The notes below the pieces were generated by a model. The model had not been told where the DNA came from and made no database searches. It worked only from the letters and a program-made list of their open reading frames with translations. A stretch of 63,284 nt of DNA, counting the filler, from Perkinsus chesapeaki ATCC PRA-425 (Eukaryota > Protista > Perkinsozoa), in NCBI GenBank assembly GCA_013115145.1. It is 9 parts of 9 records of this genome, joined end to end, with 100 filler letters (N's around TTAATTAATTAA, not from the genome) between each part and the next. Parts side by side here need not be neighbours in the genome. Positions count along the whole stretch, not along the records: positions 1 to 27,743 come from JAAPAO010000486.1; 8 more parts are not named here. One strand, written 5' to 3'. Position numbers and translations under genes: made by a program. Of the stretch, positions 1 to 14,185 are shown one piece after another; within the stretch, counting starts at the first letter, position 1; each line of letters starts with the position of its first letter.

Positions 1-568
<568 letters not shown>

Positions 569-1016
569 TCAAAGGCATATAAGGCACTCAAAACTCGAAC
601 TTTGCCTGGAAAACAACTAACTGCAGCGGACCTCCTTGTTCCGAATTAGTCCCCAAGACGCAAGCCTCGCGGTAAAGCACAGTAGACTTCATACGTATCT
701 TTCGAAAGTAGGAAAGTAGTTTGGAGCGTGTCAATATCTCGGCAAGTGAATCACTGGCATTAGCCTATTCCCCCGTGCAACTTAGCCGCATCACAATTAA
801 CATAGATTAACAGTGCTGATTAACAAAGGGTGGAAGGTGGAGCTACAAGGAGGTATTAAGATCTCAGAAAGCCCAGTACACTAAGAACAATGGAAGCTAC
901 TGAAGTCTACATGTAGTAACTCAATACCAAGACTTGGGTGAAAACTCAACAAGCTGTAGCCCGGGACCGGAGCACCGATGCAAGAGTGAGAGAAGGAAGT
1001 TAGGAAGGTTATATCT

Positions 1017-2254
1017 TTAGGAGGCATACATGGTACCGGTGGAGACCAGCATGCCATCCTCCCATCGATACTCTCGCCAATCACGATAAAGCTTGCCACT
1101 CATCGAAGGGTCATACTCCACCTGCGCAGCCAGCCAGGAGGCAACCAGTGCACCGACCTGCGCACTGCGCGGTCCTCGGCGCCTGAAAAACGATAACGAC
1201 AAAACATGCACAGGTTTTATTACCCAGTTATATCGGTCTGACAGAAACCAGGACAGCATCCGGTAACTACAATGCTCCTCGGGTCAGCCATCGCCTCTCT
1301 CGCCAGAGCCTTCGTCCAGGCCGTTAGGAATAGCTTGGAGACGCCATAAGTGTAATATTTGGTCATGCATTCGATGCCTTCGGCGCCCAAGTCAGGATTG
1401 ATGAACCCAGCATCGACGACCCTGTCATCTCTCACTGCTTGCAGGAAGTCCTCGGCTAAGTTGTTGAGAGTGGCCACTGTGACTGAGGGATCCGCCAACT
1501 TCTTTTGAATTGAGGGTGACACCTAAAAATACGCGTAGATAGTACCCGAATGTATACACTTGCGAGAGTCAGTATGAATATATAATATGATTCAGATTAT
1601 CTGAAGGAAGACTACTAGCCTGAAAATGTCCGACACTTGCAACGAACAGCTATCGGGTGCATACACCTATACAGTAACACGAATCGACTTGACTGTTTTA
1701 GCATGCCAACGAAGCTGCAGACATTCACAATACGACCGTTCACAGTGAGCAATGGCATCAGAGCTTCAGTGACTCTCTGGGCACCAAAATAGTTCACTTC
1801 CATAGTCTTCCTAGCCTACACGTGAAAGCGCTACCCACGGGTTGCTAATATTCTCGCTACCTCATCGTAACCCGCTTTCTCTCCTTTATACGAGTAACCA
1901 GCGTTGTTAATAACAACATCGACGCTTGGCGACAACCTCATTATCTACAACAGATAGGCACTCTCGATCGACAAGATCCAACACAGTCACCTTGTCCCGA
2001 GCTTCGGTCACCGACGCTTCTCTTGTAACGTCCAACAATACAGCACCGAAAGGGTGCAGTTCACCTAAGAGACATGAGAACTGGAGGGGCTTCGTAATCC
2101 AGTCACCTGCTGCTTTGTCAAGGCGAGCTTGGTCTCTAGCGGTCATAATGACTTTGGCTCCATCAGCTATCAACTTCTTACTGATCTCGTATCCTATGCC
2201 TTTATTGGCACCGGTAACAACTACTACTGGACTACTGGAAAATGCTGACCCCAT
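1017..2254 (-). CDS. Multi-exon short-chain dehydrogenase/reductase (carbonyl reductase-like)
   Basis: TGANKGIG Rossmann motif, NYFG, RIVNVCS, YGVSK (YxxxK) and CCPGFCQTD, spread over ORF pieces separated by short GT-AG introns. Confidence 0.9.
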
Positions 2255-2407
2255 ATAGAGGTAATGACTAAACTAAATAATTGGAAAAACCGTCGCAGTG
2301 AAGGAATATGTGATACATTTACTTTGGTATAGAGTCCCGCTCACCCGTTTTTTAAGAAACGCTTTCACTCGTGCCACTAGTGCATTGACAATATGTGAAA
2401 ACCTACA

Positions 2408-2487
2408 CATGCAAAATTTCAAGTGATAGCTCTGAAAATTGAACGCATGAGAGCCGTTGAAAGTTCAACCGTCTTTAGATGGCGGGT
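2408..2487. repeat. 80-bp repeat, copy A (inverted partner at 5557-5636)
   Basis: Manual alignment to the reverse complement of 5557-5636 gives 7 mismatches in 80 nt. Confidence 0.85.
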
Positions 2488-4044
2488 ACTGTATCATATA
2501 TCATGAGTCTTAATTGAGTATGAGTATCATACTCATACTGCTTCCGATAATGTAGTGCTCTTGCGTTTCGGAAACCTATTACATCCACGAATATAATAAT
2601 TGTAGTTACGGAATTAGTAGGGAATAATTATCTGTATATCTCGTCCATATAATATAATATCATATTTAGAGGTTTTATTAAAATCGAACTCGATCAGTTT
2701 TTCCTACGAAAAATAAAATAGTGAGTAACGGAATTCGGCATGGTCCAACTCTGGAATATTTAAAGTCATATTCTTCCAAGCGATCAACCGTTTCAGTCGG
2801 GGCCTTCAACTCTTTTGCATCCGGGAGGGGAGAATGTGAGATTCTCTATTCCTCCCAGAAGATTAGTCCGGAGTCTCAACGCCACACTTTCAACTTAACG
2901 GAAATCGTTGATGTTTACATACTATCAGTAAGATATGCATATGAATATCTTTTGATGGCCGAACAAGCACGCTTCAACCCCTCAAAAGAGGTCTCCGAAG
3001 ATCGCTGGAAGGTTGAACTGAAAAGCCTAAGAACTTTACCGTTACATTGCACCTACTTGTTGCCTGTTTGCCAGTCCCCTCTAAAGTGGGCCGTTGCTCG
3101 ATATTTACTCTTGAATGCATTGCCGCGGTCTCTGCTGTGGCTCTCGCCCAGTAACGCTCATTAGCTTCCACCTGAAAAGAATATCGAAATGCTAACGCTG
3201 CATTGAGGAATAAAACTACTCATATTTCATGGTTGCGAAGAAAGATTGAAAGTTTCCAAATCTAGGCGGTCAATTTTTCAGCAAGTTCAGAATTCGACAT
3301 GAAAGTGAAACATGGGCACGTCTTCACGGAAGGAGACTGCGAATAATTATGTGTCTTGTCGGTGCTTCTCGGTGGCCAGCTGGCAGTAGTTAACTGCCCG
3401 GCCGCGGCCGGTTGGCTCGCTAATACTAGTACTAGTCGATTGACTGATACTCTGGCCGAAATATGTCTTAGTAGGCTGCACAGGGTTAATTCAGCTCCAT
3501 GTATGGAAACACTGGAGTGCTTTTATTCGTACTATCGGACTGCACAGTTGAACATAAGGGACAACAAACGGTGATAGAACCGTGGGCCGCAGAAGCTATC
3601 TTCACTAACTTATCGTGAAGCTCTTTTTGAAGCAGGTTGCTTGCCGAAGATTCATCTCTCTATTAGAGACTTTAATCTCAGGCTGCTGAAAATCTCGAAA
3701 CACATTTTGGCGGAAGTCCACTAACTCCTCACATCGCGTGCCCACTCCTCCTCCTCTATCCGTAATAGCCACTTCTTCCTCAAATGAAGCACCAAGCTAC
3801 CTCCTGTCGAAACCACCCAAACCCACCATTGATAGCCCACTGCAGAGGCTACAAGATACCCTCCGATAATAGGAGGATATATCTGACAATGACAATGAGC
3901 ACCAAGTCTGTGGGCCAGCGCGAAACCGGCCCACTTCGACAATGTGAGCGGCTCACAGTTTTGTAGAAGGAAACTCTCTACACTCTTAATCTATAGCATT
4001 TACCAAGAATAATACATTCAGATATGTTTGACAAAATAAAAATA

Positions 4045-4535
4045 CAGGGTGTTCCAATTTGTTATGCAAATCAGTAAAAGAGCAGCTTCACCGCGAATAC
4101 TCAGCGTTTCGGTTTGAAACTTTCGCAGATTATACATTAACAATATTATGACAGCATACGGGTCATTATAAGGGTCATTGATGAAACTTCTGACTGTTCG
4201 AGGGTCTCTGCCCAGTTTTGTCGAGATTTGCAGCGCTGTTTCACCGCTGGCTAGGCACTTGATGATTGTTGATCGTTCCGATTCGGTAAGGAAGGTTCCA
4301 CGGGCCCTGTTAACACGATTACAACTGTATTGCATAACGAATTGGAACGGCGCGCTGGACCCAAAAAATTTCGCTCGCCTCATTTCATGTGTAACGGTCG
4401 ATCGATTTCGTGATTTCATTGTATGCTGTCATAATATTGTTAATGTATAATCTGCGAAAGTTTCAAACCGAAACGCTGAGTATTCGTGGTGAAATTGCTC
4501 TTTTACTGATTTGCATAACAAATTGGAACACCCTG
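4045..4535 (-). mobile_element. Non-autonomous Tc1/mariner element (491 bp) with 115-bp TIRs and a Tc3-like HTH remnant
   Basis: TA|CAGGGTGTTCC...GGAACACCCTG|TA. TIRs 4045-4159 and 4421-4535 are near-identical. Internal minus-strand peptide RARGTFLTESERSTIIKCLASGETALQISTKLGRDPRTVRSFINDP resembles the Tc3 transposase N-terminal HTH. Confidence 0.9.
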
Positions 4536-5556
4536 TAGATTGAGAATCTTCAGAAAGTAGTTACGATGACGCAACGAGTCACATGTTGAAAATATTATAG
4601 GAGTAATAAATATGTAATAAGCTAGTAATGAGCTTATTATTGTGGAGATGTAATCAAAGACTATCGCGACTAACTTGTCCACAACAAACAATTCTTGCTT
4701 CAATATCAACATATATTCAATTTGAGAATTTTCTGTGAAAACTTGATAGCAAATTAAAGCTTCCTTACCATTTGCCAATTATTAAATAACCACGGTATCG
4801 TTAAAGTGGCAATCATAGTTGCACCGGCGACAATACCAACCCCCAGATGGAAATAGATGTATTGCTCAGAGACAGAGGTCCAGATAACGTACACTAGCAA
4901 ACCTAAAAAATCAACAAAAAACATTTTGTACTCCGATTTATTCGTGACAAAAAATTTGCAGAAATGTACATGTTATCGTTATGTTTGGAGTAACGTTATA
5001 AACTATATTAATAATATAATATCAACACGGTGTTAATAACACCATGAGCTATAATGTCATAAGTGTTATTAGAATACAAACACGATGCATTCATTATGTT
5101 ATATAGTATACTACGTACAGTACGCGCAATCTAAAGACCCAATTTCGTATGGATGGCTCAACTTATTAACTACTGCCGCTCATATCAGCCTGCTATCTTG
5201 TATAGGAACTCTCCTAACATGGATATATTATTGAAATATCCGACAGACTTAATTTTCGAAGAAAACTTTTTTGGCACTTTCATGATATAAACTCTACTAC
5301 GTATAGGCATCCTCGAGGAGCATGAAATGGGAGCGAGGATAACTTTATATATTTCACAGGAATGCGTGGCCGCGGAAGGCAGCAAAGAGCTCACTTGAAT
5401 TGAAGAGAAAAACCCTTATACACAAAGCCTTGCTAAATACGATCCGCTGTCTCGCAGGAAACGGAGCTACCTGATGCACATGCGGAGGAGGCCATCACCG
5501 GAACTATTGGTAAGAACACCGTCAATGTACCTGGGGAGGCAGAAAATGCACACAAC

Positions 5557-5636
5557 ACCCGCCATCTAAAGACGGTCAAACTTTCAACGGGTCTCATGCG
5601 TTCAATTTTCAGAGCTTTCAACCGAAATTTTGCATG
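5557..5636. repeat. 80-bp repeat, copy B (inverted relative to 2408-2487)
   Basis: See copy A. Confidence 0.85.
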
Positions 5637-6457
5637 CAGACAACTGGAAGTAACCAGATTGAAGATTAGGACGATACGATGGAGTTAGTTCTGGGCTAAA
5701 AACATGGCAGTTCCTAAAACCCTTGGCTGTGATAACCCGTGTACAGTGTATATCGAAAGATGCTTCTCATAGGTCACCAATAATTCAGTAGGAGCCTTCA
5801 AAGGGTCGCAAGATATTGTATAACTTACGACGAACTGTTTAATACAAACATAGCGATATGATAAAATAGAGATGAATAATATACTGAAAACATATATGTT
5901 TAACATAAAAGCTGCACGTATTGTATACAAGGGCTACCAACTTATGATAAAGGATAATTGCCTCATAGTTCTAGTTACAGCGCCGATTGCACTCAATCAA
6001 CCTCCCAAGAATCTTTCAGATGGTTATCTTTTACCAGTGATAACGGCTATCAGTACCACAATCTGCATAGGTAAAAATGGTGATGCTGCGAGAATGACCG
6101 ATGCCACTGATAAAGTGATACATACTATGATATAAGTGAAGCAGCTTGGACCATGTATTCGTATAGGATATATTAACACTATTAATGGTGTTGTAAAACT
6201 TAACCACCAAGAGTCAAAGGTCGGGGGGAAACTGGGCATTGCCATTAATCAGATCCAAACAAACTACCAGCCGAGCTCGCGTACATCTCCGAAATATCAA
6301 AAAGCATTGCTACGAGTAGGTTACATGATCTCTCATATAAGAGAGTTAAAGACGAAGGAAATAGTCGACATCGTACAGAGTCCACCACAAAGACTCCGTT
6401 GCCAGCTCGCGTACTGAGGGAATATAACTGTTATTTCAGCGCTGACTTCCCACTGGA

Positions 6458-6494
6458 AAGTCGGTGGGAGGTCGGTGGGAAGTCGGTGGGAAGT
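6458..6494. repeat. 11-bp tandem repeat (AAGTCGGTGGG), about 3.4 copies
   Basis: Directly visible, one variant unit. Confidence 0.8.
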
Positions 6495-7808
6495 TCCCAG
6501 CGCTTCATTGCCGGCTAATAGCTGCATATTCAACACGATGTGTTGAATAACATAGACAAATTGTCCATGGTGTGTCCACAGGACAATGTGAAGTGATGTT
6601 TAACTCATCATGCAATCATTCAGAAACACACACTAATTCATGTTCGTCTGGTCAAGTAACAACTCCATGAATCTAGCGCGCTTAGAGCGGTCCTTCTCAT
6701 GGAAGTACCTAATGGATGACTTCTTGAAAAATGTACGTGGCACTCAACCTTCAAACTCCCCACGTTCATTATTGTGGCTAGTATGTGCAACAATACACAT
6801 GTATTGCGGCACATACACAATATATGTGTATCAATATACATGTATCACATATTCTCTATGTATATGTATCTCGCCACATGTATTTCAAACTACAGAGAGT
6901 TCGCAGTAAAAACGTAAAATTGAAGAATACAACGCCGACTTGACTAAGACTGGTCGCCTTCCACTGACAGTATCAATTATACGGGAAAAGACTGTACAAT
7001 AAAACGATCGATCTAGGATACAAATTTGACCAGTACCAGCAGTATTCGGAGAAGTCGCAGATCTTACATATATTGTCCAGCATCGTATTGCCACTCCTTT
7101 GTTCGCCCATCAGGTAACTGCGAAATCATTAATCGCTAAGCGGCTCTGTGGGAGGTACATCTCGCCAGCGACTCAAGTCAGGCTTGGTATTGAACTCCAT
7201 AAGAACATCTCTTCTCTGTTGATCCGTCAGCCCTAGATCACATCGTGGGGGCCGGGGGAGGGCGCACTTCATCTGAGTCGACATCAGCTAACACACGTTT
7301 TAATGACGGACTTCAATATCGATAACCACTAGCAATCGGTAAGCATACCAGCCGCCGTACTTCGGGTGCAGGTTGAGACCGAGTATCTGAAGAAACGATT
7401 GCAACGATTTTCATCGCAGTATCATTTTAGCTTCAGCCAGTCCACGTTGCGCCCATGCCACGGTGCGAAATATAGGTGACGTTATTATGAGAGGCGTGGC
7501 GGTTCGAAGAGAAGAGCTCCATGGATATTGTTGCATTCTTTAGATCTTCCTCAATGAAAGGAAGCAAAACTTTTTTGTATTGAGGCATGAAGTGTTTCAC
7601 ACCAAGTGTAAATCACCTTATCATAAGCGGAGCCCCATAAATCAGGGTTGCGGACGGCGTGCATGCCTTCTCTGACCTCGGCCTCCCACTCAGCTCGATC
7701 TGAGGTGTCATCGAGAGAGGTAGGGGCAACATGCATGTCAAGGCCGGCGACATGACCGATAGATTGGACCTATCGAGGATTCAGTGTCGGACAAAAAAGA
7801 GCCAAAAA

Positions 7809-7881
7809 CGATCTCGGTGGGACTCTAACCCACAATCTTTGGTTCCGAAGACCAACGCCTTATCCATTAGGCCACGAGACC
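7809..7881 (-). tRNA. tRNA-Arg(TCG) with non-canonical T-loop
   Basis: GGTCTCG/CGAGATC acceptor stem, D-arm TGGCCTAATGGATAAGGC, anticodon arm TTGGT-CTTCGGA-ACCAA, T-arm GTGGG-TTAGAGT-CCCAC, followed by TTTTT (Pol III terminator). Confidence 0.88.
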
Positions 7882-9562
7882 ATTGAGAAAAAGCCCTCAC
7901 TATTAATGATGGTCACTAACCTACGTTGAAGAACGGTGGCTTATCCACATTGAACATCATAATAGCAGCTTCATCGCAACCGAGCCCTTCGATCAGGCAC
8001 CTGCAAAATAGCTCTTAGTATACTCAAACTTGAAAACACAATCCCTATCCTAGCAATCGATATGAGGATTAGTCGAGATTTCCACCCCCGCAAAAGGAAC
8101 ACCGTTGGGGGCAAAATACAGGATGATCGAAGAGAAGCGGCCACCCGTCATAATTTCTCGTATGTTGGTAGCACATAACTGTAGGAGCATCTCTGAACTC
8201 CAGAGTCTGAAGTATTCGGCGCCCTTGTTCCAGGTAGCCCAGTAGCTTCAATTTTGAAGCTACCTGCTGCTGCTGGGTCACAACAAAACACAGTAAAGTT
8301 GTAGGTATATATGCTACCCATCTTGTTTCCATTTTATGAGCTTACCTATGTAACCTTTTACCGACTTCATCAGTTCCTTCAGCTACAAAGTCGTAGCTCC
8401 TGCTTGGTTCACCACGGGACACCAACTTCTCCCTGTAAGTCTCAAGAACAGCCTCTGAGGGCAATGAAACATTTTGCCACCCACTCACTTCGGTCTACAT
8501 CAACACGCTGCACTATAACGGCTGAACAGAGAGACCCCATTGGAAAGCGATATAGGATCCATGGCCCAATTCCACGACACTGTAAATCGGCGCGAAAGTC
8601 CATACAGTAGTATAGACTTGCGGTATCATTCCCACCCAAACCGAACGCGAACCCACATAAACAATGTAAAATTTTTCCACCTCGTGGGGGTCTCCGGAGA
8701 CTTATTTCTCACAAATGCTTTCCTGTTGACTCTGTCCAAGAGCAGCAGCAAACGACTAACGACTTCAATATGAATAATATGCCTTGGAAGATTCTTCGCA
8801 AACGAAGAGCTCACTTTTGAAAAAATATCTATTTGAGATACAAATCAATCCCAGTCTGTTCTTCCCAGGGACTTCAATCTTCTGCGGCATGTCGGGAGAA
8901 ACCTCGATGCGAAAATCGTTATACCTATCAGAGCAATACCACTAGTAGGATCGAGCGGCAAACAAGTGTCCAGATTTCTCTGCTTTAGAAAGCATTGACT
9001 ACATTATGGCACCAGCGCCGCCCATGAAGACAATAAAAGACTTTTATTGCTCTTTTATTCAAATATACTTTTATTAAAAGTATATTTGAGCTGGATAAAT
9101 ATTCTACAGGTCCATCAAATCTCGCGATTAGACAAGAATCCGGCCTTCTTCCGCACACGGATTCTGTTAAGTAGCACAATTTCGTCCACCCTACCAGAAG
9201 CCAGTATGATAGTCCGAAGCATTTCAGTTGGGCAACTGCGGAGCATTGACTGGCGAGAGTTGACATGGCATTGTCAAGTGCGACAAATTCCTCAATATAT
9301 CGCGGGCCAAAAAGTATTTTTCCTGGAAAAATGTCCTGCATGACTGACATAAATACGTTAGAATATTAATGAAGTTCAAAGAGGAAGATGTGATAACCTA
9401 ACTTGGAGCAATTCCTGGTTCCCTAGGTCGTTCGGGATTATCATCTAACTATTCTCCCAACTCACTGCCCGCCTAATAATGAGCTCCGCCACTGGCAGCA
9501 TGGCCTCGTCCATGTGTCAAACGAAAACACAAAGTTTTTCACACAAAAGAGTGAATGGTAAT

Positions 9563-9644
9563 GTATGGATACATACAGTATGGATACATACAGTATGGAT
9601 ACATACAGTATGGATACATACAGTATGGATACATACAGTATGGA
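9563..9644. repeat. 15-bp tandem repeat (GTATGGATACATACA) x5.5
   Basis: Directly visible. It explains the VWIHT and LYVSI repeat ORFs. Confidence 0.95.
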
Positions 9645-12600
9645 AGTTATTATACTGTATAAACTAAACCCTAATACGTATTGATAATTTGCCAACGCGT
9701 CGCCAGACGAAGTGACTCTCCTCCGTCCCTCACCAATCAATCATAAAAGGTGTTGCCTCCATGCCAAAATCATCTAAAACTTCGTTGCTTATCTTCACTA
9801 ACTCCTCTACCGCCAAACTACCAACTTTCACAGACATTGACAGTACAATACAACAGAACTAACAGCGAGTTCATTCGTCATTCTTTACACTCATTTCCAC
9901 AGGCCTATATACCGGTAGTTCTTGCTTCACGATCTATGCGTCGGCATGGTGGTGCAACTGGTCACCGTCTGTGATGCACTGAGCGCGAACATATCGGTCA
10001 AAGCATCCGTCGTTTTCTCGTCAATTCAAGTTGTATATGACTTCGGCAATGAGTGTACCTCTTTCCTGCACCTTCATTTCTCCTTCTCCAAAACCCTCTC
10101 TAACTGGCGAATTTAAGAATGGTAGCGGATTCGTCCAGTGACCTCTACTGTACAAGTCCCTTTCAAGCTTACTACTAATAGTATCACTTTTGCAGACTTT
10201 TGATTGATGCACTTTTCACTATCAGCTTGCAAGATTATGTGTCAAACGGCACTGTTACTTTTACCGAATCATCCTACCGTAATATCTACTGTAATAGAAC
10301 TCAAAACCATTGTTAAAGCAAATGAAATATACCCATGAATTCTCCATCTTCATCATCAAATAACAATCTGAAACAACTGGACATCAGCCCCACATTCTAT
10401 ACGCACCAATTGAATCCATGAGCGATTGACCGTAGACAGTATCGATATAGTCTGTATAATAGTAATAACAATCAGGAAAATAATACTATATAATAAGACT
10501 AATATAATTAATCCGGCAATTAGTGGAAAAAATCCGGGTTAATATTAGATTTCACCGCCAGCTCGGATGGTCCATCATTCAAGCGCCTCTCTATAGCCTA
10601 ATATTCACGATTAATCCCGTGAACACTAAAGTGAGAATAATCGATACTATTATGATTTCACTGCTTCACTGGCACTCAATTACCAAACTAGGTTCAATGC
10701 CCCATACGCCCATACCCTTACCTCCGGTCTATCGGACAATATTGGTCTGTGGTGGTGGTTGTATCTCTCCTGGGACTCTATCGACCTGTCCAGTGAGAGG
10801 GTTTGTGCCCAACGGACGACGAAATAGGAGAATATGCGGCTCGGGCCTACAGCAATAACAGCAACGACGTTAGCTTAAACCTGGATGGTTGCTCTGACAA
10901 AAAATATACTTCACCGAACGTAGCGGTGGTGAGGAGCGCTGAGGTGGGATTATATGCAGGTGACGAGAGATTAATACAGATTGATTATTAATTGATGATT
11001 CATTATTTATAATGCGACGTCTGAATTATACCAATAAAGCGGAAACTCATCTGCATGGGTAATCAAGATTTCAGACAAGAAGGTATAACAGCTTCGTAAT
11101 ATCCACATTAACAATTCTTCATTATTATTATCAGTTCATTAACATCATTCTTCGTTTACTATCACTTCTCCTTTATATTAATTACCTTTCATCAATTACC
11201 TTTTTGTGTTGTATTTTAGATTTTTGACGGAAATATCTCAATTACCAATTTACACGGCATGCGAGATTTGCGTATTTCCAACAGTAAAGGTCACATCTAA
11301 TCTCACTGGTTCGCCTTGGAGCTTTGATACAAAACTATCGAAATAGATTCATTCTGTCCCGACCTGTGATTCTCATAATGAACCCATCCACGACTCTGCT
11401 GTACACCCAAACCTCTCCATTCTGACTCGGACAGCAATCTTGGCTCTGCTGATGGTCTGAATCAAATAATTATCAGACATCCGTGTATGTATCAATATCA
11501 AACGCGATGCATGCCGCGTAGATATGTATCGCAGCAAGCACCCCTTATTGTGTCACCATCCATAAGAGTAAGAAGATTCACATTCCTCTCGTAAATGGCC
11601 GTAAATCACACACTATGATTTTTCCACCAACGTAATCGATTAGTGTCACGAGTTTCTCATTAGAATTTTTCTCATCTCAGCCCCACCAAAACATACCCGT
11701 GAATCGCCAAGGAGTCACGGGTAAGCACAAGGTGGTCTTGGAAGGAATCCATTCCACCTTCTCTTTGCTATATTAAAATATTTCCAGCAAAGCCCTAACT
11801 GTTCATCCGCGAACTAGCTTAAGGGAGAGGTAGCTTGAATCACGGAACCATCGAATACCGAGGAAGATTTGATACGATCTTGTATGACCAAACTAGCGAA
11901 ATTGTTCCTCCCCATCATCGAGCTCTCTCCCAGCAAAATTTCTATTGTAGGAGCACTCCAACGAACACACTTCCACGATCCTCTGCCACAAACGAGTATG
12001 CGTATCTTTAGCTCACCTTCCCCTCATCTGCGCCTCTGCCTGAAATATCCTATACATTTCCTTAGCTATACGCTTTGGTAATATAACATGACGATATTCA
12101 TATTTATCATCGCAGTACCTTAACGATAATGACATACTGGAATCTACGTAAAGTGATGATGCCTATAAAAAGCATATCGCACTTATCGACTGCCGCGTAT
12201 ATGAGTTTATATATCAAATCCGGAGCTTTCAGTTGTATCATACCAAGTGACAGCAAAGTCGAGCACTTCGAGCAGTGGTACTCCTAGGTTCGATATGGAA
12301 AGCGTGCTTCGAGCTAAGATTCCCCAATGCTTACTTGTCGCTATATTCGACCTCATCAGGATAATGCGGCATCCTCGATCAACAATCAATAACAACAAGC
12401 GCTGCAATAATAATTTCGTGGAGCGTGAAATTAACCAACTAACTCGACAAACCTTCCCTCAGTAGTAAACGTAATGGACATATCTAACCCAATTTGATTC
12501 CCCCTCGACCCGGCTGCAGCTGAGGAGAATCCTCGAGGACGCCAAAGTCAATCTCGTCGTCATCTTCACCTTCGTTATCTTCTTTATTTTTCAACGGTCT

Positions 12601-13100
12601 GAATAAAGAACCCCTCAGTTTACTTCTCATCTTACCAACCATCTAGGACGGACTCATCTCTGATAGTTTTCATATCATACTGTACCAGACGCTCGGCGAC
12701 TACCTTGGCACTTCCCGACAGCCTTTCATTTCCCGTTAGAAATCCAAAACACTATTATAGCTCATCAAGTTCTTCCATCGGGACGATGAGAAGTTTTCTT
12801 ACGAAATAGGTTATAAAATTTATTCTTTTTTTGCCAAGCATTTGTCGTTCATATACGTCATCTGTTCTCCTCTATGAGTTCACACGCAATGACTCCACCG
12901 TAGCACATTCTCGCTCCCCATAGTAGCGAACTCCGAAATTCTTCACAGTGCGCAAAGATACCCCACTCACCCGGCACTTAATAGAACATAGGACTTCGAT
13001 GAATGGGCAAACTTGATCAGATCACCTTCACGCAATTCATAGTATTTAGCGGCCGGCACTCTCTTCTCGTTAACAAACGTACCTGATACACCACTCTCAT

Positions 13101-13136
13101 GCGAAAGGTCCCAGGTTCAATCCTCGGCAGCGGCCA
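13101..13136 (+). pseudogene. 3' half of a tRNA-like sequence (Val-like), no recognisable 5' half
   Basis: GCGAAAGGTCCCAGGTTCAATCCTCGGCAGCGGCCA resembles variable loop, T-arm and acceptor 3' strand. The T-stem has a mismatch. Confidence 0.4.
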
Positions 13137-14142
13137 ATACAAAATAAATACACGAAGAACGCCCGCAGCTGTCGTCCGCAATCTACTACCGAATAAAAAC
13201 GTTCCGTTCCAGGACTAGCTCATTCTCCCCATTCCCAGCATCCATCCCCACTAAAGTATCGCCTATTTCTTATATGAAGAAGTGCCCAAATTTACCGGTA
13301 GATGTGGAATCGGATGAAGTTTGCTTCCGCCAGTAAGGTTATCGAATATTTGGTTAAATACTAGTTTGCTGGTTATTGTGTTCCTTAGTCTATACCCATA
13401 AGGAGACTAAACACGATTTACCGCTGCTTCTACTTTTCACGCGCCACTTAATTGACGCCCACAATTCGTACCATTTTTCCCACCCAAATCCAACAGATAG
13501 GGTTTGCTTATTCCCTTCCTAAGCCTAAACTGTATCACTGCATGCTGCCTACTACATGTAGGATGATCTATCGGCACAAAGCATACATCATCCTCATCGT
13601 TACCTAACACATGTAGCAGTTAAATAATAAATGAAACTGTTGATCTTTATCGACTGCTACTAAAACAACCAATATCTTAACACAAATATCGACGTGAGCA
13701 CTCTTAAGATGCACAGTGTCCCACAATTTCGTGGCGAGTGACGCAACCTCCACTGGACTTGCTCCGCCTCGGACATATGAATTTCGACGCCCTCCAAATT
13801 CGCAGTCGGCTCTGAAACGCCTTCCTGTATTGTCTAAGTTCCCACAGAGGCAACTGCATTCCCAAATCCTTGTCTCTTTTAATGCGGTAGTATTCTCCCA
13901 CTTCATCGAAAGAGTACAACGTGAATCAGCCCATGTTCGCATATCAACTTGGTCCAGCAACAGTTTTGCGGCGCGTGACTTTATTACTATCAGTAAGCCT
14001 TCTGTCCTTCCCAAATAAGTAGCATGATTTCCTGTGGATATGAAGTATCTTATCACCTTCACCGTTCTGAGCATCATCACGATTTTCATACCTAAATACC
14101 ACGTCAACAGCACCAGCAGCAAAACGGAAATCGATCTCTAAT

Positions 14143-14185
14143 GGTCATCGTACAATATTCCGTCACGGACTATTGTACAATGACC
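14143..14185. repeat. Odd-centred inverted duplication, 21-bp arms plus 1 central base
   Basis: GGTCATCGTACAATATTCCGT-C-ACGGACTATTGTACAATGACC, 19/21 arm match. Confidence 0.9.

Noticed and set aside
7550-9350. Possible second decayed LINE (DLWGSAYDKV, LFDHPVF)
   Set aside because: Motifs are short and frames broken, and an intact tRNA sits in the middle.
9563-9644. Tandem repeats (also 22217, 23198, 42097) as CRISPR arrays
   Set aside because: No unique spacers, no cas genes, eukaryotic context.
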